Below are positions 55,772-64,000 of a DNA stretch of 64,000 nt, piece by piece (position 1 is the stretch's first letter; every line of letters begins with the position of its first letter). The DNA is from Euglena gracilis (taxonomy: Eukaryota), in the NCBI GenBank assembly GCA_039621445.1, contig CP154954.1:43026632-43090631 (forward strand), read 5' to 3'. The notes beneath the pieces are model-generated. The model made no database searches and was not told the origin of the DNA. It was given only the letters and a program-made list of their open reading frames with translations. The position numbers were made by a program, and so were the translations under genes.

Positions 55772-56859
55772 CGTGGCGGGTGTGACACAAAACATGGTGT
55801 GCGGTCGCGTGCTTGTGTGTTGTACCTCCGTCGCTTAAATTCCCCCTTGAAAGTCGGCATCCTCTGGTCGTTTGCATCATACCCCCCCTTTCAAGCAATG
55901 TGAACCAATTTTTCGCTCAGCTCCACAATGGCCATTTGTTCAAAGACGTAGGACACAGCTTGTCGGCATATTCCTAAAACATTGCCTCTTCTACCACCGA
56001 AGGAGGGTGGCGCACAAAAGGACCCTCTGTTTCACATCCAATTTTTTTTCCACCCAGGCCAAGCCAAGGGCCAGGGGGAGGGATTGGGCCACCCACACCA
56101 CTCTGCCCGTGCTCTTTTGCAGAGCTCCAGGCCAGAGTAGAAGCCTGCCAAATTGCCGGTTTGAAAAGGAAACACCGCTTTGTCCCCCTCTCTGAGAAGC
56201 TACTGTTGTAAGGCAAAGGAAGAGTCCCCGCCACACCCCTGCTTAAAGGAAAATATTTTTTTTGCAAGGAGATGGGCTGAAGCTAGTCCAAAATCGGCTG
56301 GTGGTCTAGTTGACCCCAGGGGATCTCGAAGCAGCCCCACCCAGTGGAAGGTTTACCAGCCCTAAATTGCTGAACATCCCCCGGGGGGGGGGGGGCTGAA
56401 ACCAGAAGCCTTAGTGCAACTAAGGGGGGGGGGGGCTGAGTAATTTACCGGGGGGTCTGCTGATGGGTTTTGTTGGCATAGTTCGGTGAAATTATTATTA
56501 CATCATTTTCTATTATCACATTGTTTCATGACATTATTTCCAGGGTCAGGGTTAATTGCTGTTCGGAAAACGGATTAGGGTTAGGGTTGGTTGGGTTAGG
56601 TTGGGCCTAAATTCGGCCTAAAGTTTATTCCGGAGGACGGCCGAAATCTTATCCCAAACCCCATGTCCTGACAAATAACCCTAATTTTAACCCCGTCCCC
56701 GACAAATAGCCCAAACGCTAAACTTTATCTGGAGTTGGTTGGCCGTACCACACGTTTGCCCAGGTCATTTCCGGTGGGGAGCGCAAAAACACAGGCAATT
56801 TGCCTTTGGGCTTTGTTCCTTTGGGCAGGGGGGGTCGAACCAGGTTTTGAATAGTGCTG

Positions 56860-57853
56860 AGCTCTTAACGGGACTTGCAAGTAATGGAAGGCCAAAAAGA
56901 CTAATTTTGCAAATTTCTTGTAATTTGTAAATTATAAATTATGTGAAATTACAGCCTTGCAATTTACAGTGATTTTCAGTGATTTTACAATAATTTATAA
57001 ACTGTTAATGAAATGTTAACCCCCCCATAAACCCCACACCCGTTTTATTGGGGTTTTTTTCGACTTTTTTGACCTGAACTCCGTAGGTTTCGGGCCAAAA
57101 AAAAAACGGGGCGTCGGGTCGAAAAACGCTTATTTTTCGGCTCAAAGACAAGTTCTGCGCGTCCGGTAGGCCAAAAAACATCGTTTCGGGCAAAAAAAAT
57201 TTCGCTTTTTTTCGACTTTTTTTGACCTGTTTTTGACACAAAACAATGGGTGGGCGGCCCAAAACGGGGCGCTGGTGGGTCAAAAAACTTTTTTTCGGCT
57301 CAAAAACAGTTTTTCCGGGTCCGGGAGGCCAAAAAACAACGTTTTGGGCAAAAAAAATTCGAATGTTTTCGACTTTTTGACCCGAAAATGACCCAAAGTC
57401 CACAGGATTCGGGCCAAAACGGGGAGCCGGAGGGTCAAAAAACGCTCCTTTTCGGCTCAAAATGACTTTTTCCAGGTCCGGGAGGCCAAAAAACATGATT
57501 TTGGGCCAATAAGTTTTTTTCGATTTTTTTTGGGGATTTTTTTCGACTTTATTGGCCGAAAACGGCTAAGTCTGACAGTGGAAAAAATGTACAAAGTCTC
57601 CCAAATTGGCCGAAAACGGCCGTATCTCGGGCTGGGCGGGGAGTTGCAGGGAAATCAAAATACCTGTAGATAGGGCGTTCCAAGGGCTTCAATTTAGGTC
57701 TCCAGACATTTCCTTTGGTTTGCATCATTTTCGAGATATTTTGAAAATATCGATTTTTGGGCCTGAAATGGCAGAGTCCAAAGGGGGGGGGGTGCGACCC
57801 CCCCTTTTCCCCAGGGGTAAGCTTCGCTCTTACCCATAAAGGGATAAGAGCTC
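56860..57853 (-). mobile_element. Second, inverted copy of the 40860-42188 element
   Basis: TGAGCTCTTA / TAAGAGCTCA ends; about three ~157-bp units at ~57050-57560. Confidence 0.75.
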
Positions 57854-58983
57854 AGTGGCCCCCTCTTGTGCCTCCCCCCCCCAAAGGTAGACCCAGTAGT
57901 TTGCTGCGGGGAAGAATTCCAGTTGATTGACTTGAAGCTCTGGAAACGTTTCGGACCCCATGCCCCTGTCAGACAAGCCCATTTTTCCTTTGGTGTATTT
58001 GGGAGCAAAGCGTCCACCAAGCATCCCCGACCCGACCCCAGGGGGCGATCCAGATTTTCTTTTGCGCTTCTTCCATCCCACAGCCCTCGCGCTTCTCTGT
58101 GCACCGTGGGCCGATGACGTGGGACGAGGGTCGTCCGCAAGCCCTGACCTCAGCCCTTCCAGCCCACGCAAGCGCCGCCCTCTTTGCCATCGCAACAGAC
58201 ATATAGTATTTTGGGGGGTCTGTATTGTCCAATTTTTTCCCAGCCATTTTTTCTGCCGATTTTGTAAGAACCAAGAACCAGTTTTATTTATTTGCCACAT
58301 CCCCCCCCCCCCGGTAGTACCGCTCCCGCCCACCAGAGGCTGACTCCCCCTTGGATGACAGGTTGCACGGAATTGCTGTCAGCGCCAATGCAAATATCCA
58401 ATTTGTTTGCTGTATACTCACCAAAAAAACCAATGTTCAGCAAATATCAAAAAGTAAGCACCCCCTAAATAAATTTTTGAAGGAAATTTTTAGAGAATAG
58501 GCCCCTGAAATTGTGTAAATACCTGAAAAACGTGATTTTTGTTGGAGTTCTGAATTTTAATCCATCTTTCATGTGAGATAATGTCAATTTGAGAAACATC
58601 TTGTTCATTATGGAAAGTCCTGCTTTTGGACCCACGGGAAGGACTTGAAGTTTTCGGCAAGGATGGACACCCCCCAAAAAATTAGACCCCCTTGGGATTT
58701 TCTGCAACCGTCCCCAAAGCGGATCCGGGTGTTATTTTCGGGGTTTAGGCCCTCCCAAGTCACATGCAAACAAAGTGACGTTTAGACCACTGCCGATGAA
58801 CGAACGCCAATCCCTTCTCACACGTTCAGCAATGCATCCATCCCTTGGCCGAGAACACGCACGCCCATTTGTGCACGCACATCCACGCAGCCCCTTCCCG
58901 GGGGGCCATCCCTCGCCATTTGGGGCGGCTCCAACAGTGGCAAGGCTGCCCCCCCCCCCAGCCCCAGCCCCCCAGCGTTCCAG

Positions 58984-61482
58984 GCCCGTCCCGGTGGGGG
59001 CGGCGGCTTGTCGTCAGCCGCGCCGCAAGTCCCCCCCGTCCTCCATCTCCTCCGTGGCGGGAGACTCCGAGGGGGACGTCGCCTTCAGCTTCAGCGTGGC
59101 GGGCAGGGCCGCCCCCACTGCCCACCCACCTCCCCAGCCAGCTACCTCCCCCCAGTGCGCAATGAACCCCCTTGCCCCATGAACACAGGGTGTCCACACT
59201 CTCAAATTTTCACCAAACACCATAACTCCAACACCCACACAACCCTCGCCCAATGAACGTGCCCATTCTGGATCGTCCAAAGTGTCCTTTTAAGTGTCAT
59301 TTGTTGGGCTTCGGGGGCCTTTTTCATAGGACGATAGCCCATTTTGCAGCGTCCCATCTGGGGGTTGGCCGTCACACCGCTATTGACCAAGCATTTTTGG
59401 ATCCTTTTTTCCAAAAAAAAATGCCTGACAGCATCGACATTCTTTGAATGAGTTGTGCCCCAGAAGGGGTCCGGATAAAGAGAGTTACCCCCCCCCAATA
59501 TCACGACAGGCCGGCATCCGGGTTTTTCCTGTTAGTTTGGTGTTGGCAGAAAGTCCAAACGGGGCATTTCCTCCAATTTGGGCAACCCCAACCCCCGGAA
59601 GCCTGTGTCCAAACTGCCCGACACTGCCCGTTTGTTTCCGCCCCAAATTGCAACGCCGGGGGGACCGCTTCGGCGGAGCGGCGCCGCCCCGGGGGGGGGG
59701 GGCGGGGGCACCGGCGGGGGCGGCCCTGGTCGAGGGCCCCCACCGCCGTCTGCTCGCCCTCAGCCTGCAGGCCCACCTTGACGCCCGCCCCGAGGCGGTG
59801 TTTGCGAGGGACATCGCCCAGCCCCCCCCCCCCCCCGGCCCAGGCATGGGGGCGGAGGACACCCCCCACGCCAGCCACCCCGCAGCCAGCTTCAGCCTCA
59901 ACCCCACCCATATGCATGAGCCAGCCCTGAAAGGGGGTTGATTCAATTCGTGGGCCCCGGCGTCCGGCTCGTTTGCCCCCCATGTCAATGTTCGGAAAGG
60001 TCCAAAGTCACAGACGGCGAGTGAGTGAACAGGTGGCAGGCCAGGGCTCCAGCCCCAGGGGGTCCCTCCCGGCCGGGGGGGGGGGGGGGGGGGGCTGGCG
60101 GCACCGGCAACCACCCGCTGCACAGCGCGGTGGCCGCCAAGGCAGCCGACTGCGTCGCTGTCCTGGTGGACCGCCACGCCGCCCTGGACCGGCACTTCGA
60201 CCCGGCGGCGCTCGTGAACGCCGCCGGCCAGAGCCCGGCCAGGCCACCCCCGGGCCGGGGAGGCCCAGTGGTTCGGGGCAGGGTCGTGTGCAGCACAGCC
60301 ATGCACTGTACCAGCAGTCGCCTTGCATACTTTTCGACGTCCGCCCAAATACAAGCTTGTACATTTTTTTCCCGAAAATTCACCCACGCATGACCCCCCC
60401 CCCGGGACCCAGGGACCAGGGGTTGACCCCCCTGGCGGGAGGTCAACCCCCTGCATCAGGGCGGCATTTAAACCCCCTCCCCCGGGGTTGTCCAGCTCGA
60501 GGCTGGAAAGTTTGGGCTGGCTGGAAAAGGTTGCTGACTAACCCCCCATGGGGGTCCCCGGCTGGAACTGGGCCAGGACCCAATCAAAACTGTAAAAATC
60601 CCCCCCAAAAAACTGCCAATTATGCAAAAATCAGTTTTTGGCCCAAGAGTTGCCTTAGCCAGCCCTCCGGCTTCAGTGATGATTTGCCCCCCACCAAAAG
60701 CCACCAAAAATCCACCGAAACCCATTGAAAAATTTTCCTGGCCCAGCCTTCGGTCTTATGCAAGCCTCTGGAGCATGTGGCAGATTTTCCACGCAGACAT
60801 TTCCCGTGAGAATTTCTGGCTGAATTCCCCATCCACATTTTTGGGGGGGACGGGTATTTGTGGTCATCGACAGCCGGGCTTTCCAAACACCCGAGGCCTG
60901 CAGCACAGAAGACCATTTTCCCCACGTCTCCTGCTGTCCCATTTCTCCCGGCCAGTGAGGCTCGCCTCCCATACCACACCGAGATGACGGGACACTCGGA
61001 AGCCTCCGTTCACGTGAATTGTTCCCCAGAAACGGTCTTTCCGCGAGCATCAACGAAAACAACAGCAGCCCCCCAAAGTTTGTTCGCCAAGAATTGCCCG
61101 CTCGTGGCGACGTTGATGGTCGTTGGGCCGGGGCCCCCTTCAGGCCATGGGTGGCCTGGGCTCGTTGGACCTGGCGGCGGGGCACGAGGGCTGCCGCGCG
61201 GCCCTCGCCCTCTGGCGGCCGCCCCCCGCGCCGCTCGCCGTGGTCCGCCCGCAGCGGGCGAAGACCGGCGCGCTGCTCTTCGACCTCGCCGCCTCCCCGC
61301 TGGTGGACGACCCCCCGGGTCCCCCCCCCCCCCCCCTTTGCTGGGGCTTGCCTGCCCCCCCCCCGACCACGGCACCACTTTGGACCCCAATGGGATCAGG
61401 CACAGTGCTGGGGGCCGGCCAGAGACAGCGCTCGCCCAGCCAGCGCAGCCCAAGTCGTGCAGCGTAGCAGGGCAGACCTCAC

Positions 61483-61513
<31 letters not shown>

Positions 61514-63645
61514 GTTGGGGGCCCGCCGCCAGCCATTCGTCCGGTCGGGCGGCACACTCTCCAAGCTCATCGCGGGGCTCCTGCAGGCGGACGCCGCCTT
61601 CCTTGTGCAGAACCGGCCGTACGCGGATTGGCTGTGGAGCCCAGCGCCCCGGCCCCGGTGCCAATGGCACAGGTTGGCCACCCACGCCACGCATTGCACA
61701 GGGGCCACCCCACACGATGATTTTGGCCTGTTTCTGGTTTAACTCCTGTTGGTGTGGGTGGGTGGGTGATGTGGTGTGTGTGCGCTTTCTGTGGGGGGCG
61801 GTAACATTATCGGAATTTGCAGTTCAATTATTTTTTGTCTTATAATCGCCTCATAATTTGTTTGAGTATTATCATTTAGTGTATTTGTTCAATTTTTGAT
61901 GCATTTAGGTTTCAGAAGTGGACAAAATTACATGGTGGTTTCCACGGTTGTTTCTCTTGTGCTTTTTTCCCGTGTTTTCTGAAGTCAACTCTGGCGATAG
62001 TTGCTCAGCTGCACCACCATAGGTTGCCGGGGGGGGGGGCACCGTTTTCTTTTGGCCTGGGGGCAGGCTCAGCCCGCCGGACCGCTGCCCGCAGCGCAAC
62101 TCCCTGGCGGAGGGCGTGTCATGGCGCTGCCACGCGCCGGCCACCGAGATGGCGCAGCGCCTCACCACGATGTGGAAAGCCGACGACGAGGCCGGGGCGG
62201 GCCCTGGTCCCCCCCCCCCCACACACCAAACGCCATCGCTGGGGGGGGGGGGGGAGGGCGGTATCCACCCCACCGCCGCCGCCGGACCGGGCGTGGCCGG
62301 CCCTGGGCGCGGCCCTGTTCGCGGAGGCCCTCGCGGTGTACGCCCCTGACTCGTTCCTCCACCAGGCGGTCCACACTGCGCAGCCCCACCAGCCCCGCCC
62401 GCCCTAAACCAGACATGCGGGTTGGGCGCTGCCAATTCTGCTGCCAATCCTCAGCCACACAACACACACACACCACACACACGCACGCACACAACACACA
62501 CACACACACACAACACACACACACACACACACACACAACACAACACACACACACATACACAACACACACACACCACACACACGCACGCACACACACACAC
62601 ACACAACACACACACACACACACAACACACACACACACACACACATAGGTCGCCCGATGGTTCCTCTCTCATGTATGAATGTACCCCCAGCGATTCACTG
62701 GGTTGTGTGATGCCGTGTAAATGCGGGGCGGGGGGCGTAACCGGTGACGCCACCCTCCCTGGCAGGCGGGGCTGCCCCCGGCCAGGAGATCGGGAAGCAC
62801 GTGGCTCCCTTCCTGAAGCTGCTGCACTGTGCACTACACCCAGGATGCTGGGGGTAACAGGAGAGGCAGAAGGTGTTGGCTCATCATCGGCTGATAGCGG
62901 ATGACAGGTGACATAATCATCGTTCCTACAGCCAGTGTAAATAATCCAGAGGTTCTTTCCCACTGAAAGTGTCCTACGTTATAGGTCCAAAAATCTAAAT
63001 TGGATATGCCCCCCATTTTGGAGTTCCAGTGTGCTGTCTGGAGGTCCAGACAGTCGGCACCTTTTTTTTTCCAGCCAGCAGCTTCCGTCCGGGCTGCGGA
63101 CACCCGAGTGGGCGGAGGGTACGCTGTTAAATAATTGGGGATTTATACAGCTGGACCCAACCCAAAGAATGCTATGTAAAAAGAATAATTTTTTTTGACG
63201 GTCAAAGAAAGATGGTTTGGTGGTTTCCACGTTTATTAGCTCGAATTTTTGGCTAAAGGCTTTTATCAGGGGAGGAAAGAATGCGGACCACGCAATCCAC
63301 ATACTGCCACATAATTTGCTTTTGGGGGGAAATGGTTTGATATAGGTGTTGTCTTTTTTTTTAAAGAAACATTTGTTGTTCGCATTCTTTGTTGTCTTGT
63401 AAGGGACAGGCAGCACCTTGCTTTCGGGCCAGCACCTTCATCCAGCTGGCAGGACCCCTCCCTCCGACCCTTGAGAGACTTAAGAGAGACCCCCTGCGCG
63501 CGGGCACTGGTTCTGGCATGCCCCGGCCTCCTGGCGATCCAATCCGCCCCCACGGAGCAGCGGTACCACGGCAGTTGCTACGCCGCGGTCTCTCTTGCCA
63601 CCGCGGAGCAGGTGTGCCGCCGCAACAAGTCCGCCGCCCAAGCCC
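58984..63645 (+). CDS. Ankyrin-repeat-containing protein, multi-exon, incomplete at both ends
   Basis: Exons 58984-59100, 59734-59815, 60103-60236 and 61164-~61318 join to ARDI|TGNHPLHSAVAAKAADCVAVLV...NAAGQSP|LDLA (two ankyrin-type motifs). Further GC3-rich exons at ~61548-61636, ~62112-62200, ~62286-62377, ~63074-63118 and ~63554-63640. Confidence 0.8.
59101..59733 (+). other. Nonconventional intron with perfect 13-bp terminal stem
   Basis: CAGGGCCGCCCCC (59104-16) / GGGGGCGGCCCTG (59716-28); in-frame join. Confidence 0.85.
59816..60102 (+). other. Nonconventional intron with poly(C)/poly(G) stem
   Basis: GCC-CAG-C(n)-GGCC ... GGCC-G(n)-CTG-GCGGC|A; restores the ankyrin motif. Confidence 0.85.
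60237..61163 (+). other. Nonconventional intron
   Basis: CAGGCCACCC / GGGTGGCCTG perfect 10-bp stem; restores GQSPLDLA. Confidence 0.85.
62456..62645. repeat. (CA)n microsatellite
   Basis: Directly visible. Confidence 0.96.
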
Positions 63646-64000
63646 CACCGCATGCCGGGCGGCATTTTGTCGGGTCATATCGGAGCAGTGTGCCTCAACC
63701 AGAAGGGAAGAAACACCAGGGTGGCCCCTCTCGTCTTGCGACAACGACCGGGGGAGATGATGGTTTGGCTTCCCCTGGACACCCACAATGCAAATTCCTG
63801 CAGCAACTCTGAGAAAGAGGATTTCATAAGATTTTCTTCTGATCAGTGGCTGTTTTAAAAGGTTGTTGATCGGGGGTGGGCGAGTTTCCTTGGCCCAGGG
63901 TGATTTAAAATCCCCTTCTCTGCCTTTTGATCTCTGAGGCGTGTATGTATCCCTTCTCTGCAAAAGCTCTTCCCAACTCTTACCGCTGCCGTTTTCGCAA

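Noticed and set aside
56575-56605. TTAGGG telomere-like units
   Set aside because: Only two perfect units plus degenerate ones; too short to call an interstitial telomere.

Overview
Eukaryotic nuclear DNA, very probably from a euglenid (inference). GC3-rich exons are split by a mix of GT/GC-AG introns and euglenid-type nonconventional introns (5' N3-CAG ... CTG-N5/6 3' with base-paired ends). Intergenic and intronic DNA is packed with (CA)n microsatellites, G/C homopolymers and MITEs. Genes assembled by eye, all on the + strand: two tandem papain-family (C1A) cysteine protease genes with a C-terminal transmembrane segment (copy A partial, 1-11561; copy B, 16677-27140), a secreted FG-GAP/VCBS-repeat protein with a Pro/Ser stalk (34583-48789), and an ankyrin-repeat gene running off the right end. 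Two further genes are weaker calls. Two observations stand out. (1) A full-length ~8 kb non-LTR retrotransposon (ORF1; ORF2 = APE-RT-RNase H-CCHC plus an unusual C-terminal extension) sits inside the last coding exon of protease copy A with a 17-19 bp TSD. It ends in poly(C) rather than poly(A), its 5' and 3' ends are complementary, and it begins with GT and ends next to a TSD-derived CAG, so it could be spliced out in frame. (2) At least seven hAT-like MITEs have CAG...CTG ends and 8-bp TSDs, a geometry (3+5=8) that exactly reproduces the nonconventional intron code, and some introns still carry TIRs and decayed 8-bp direct repeats. Exon boundaries were inferred manually, and some are approximate.
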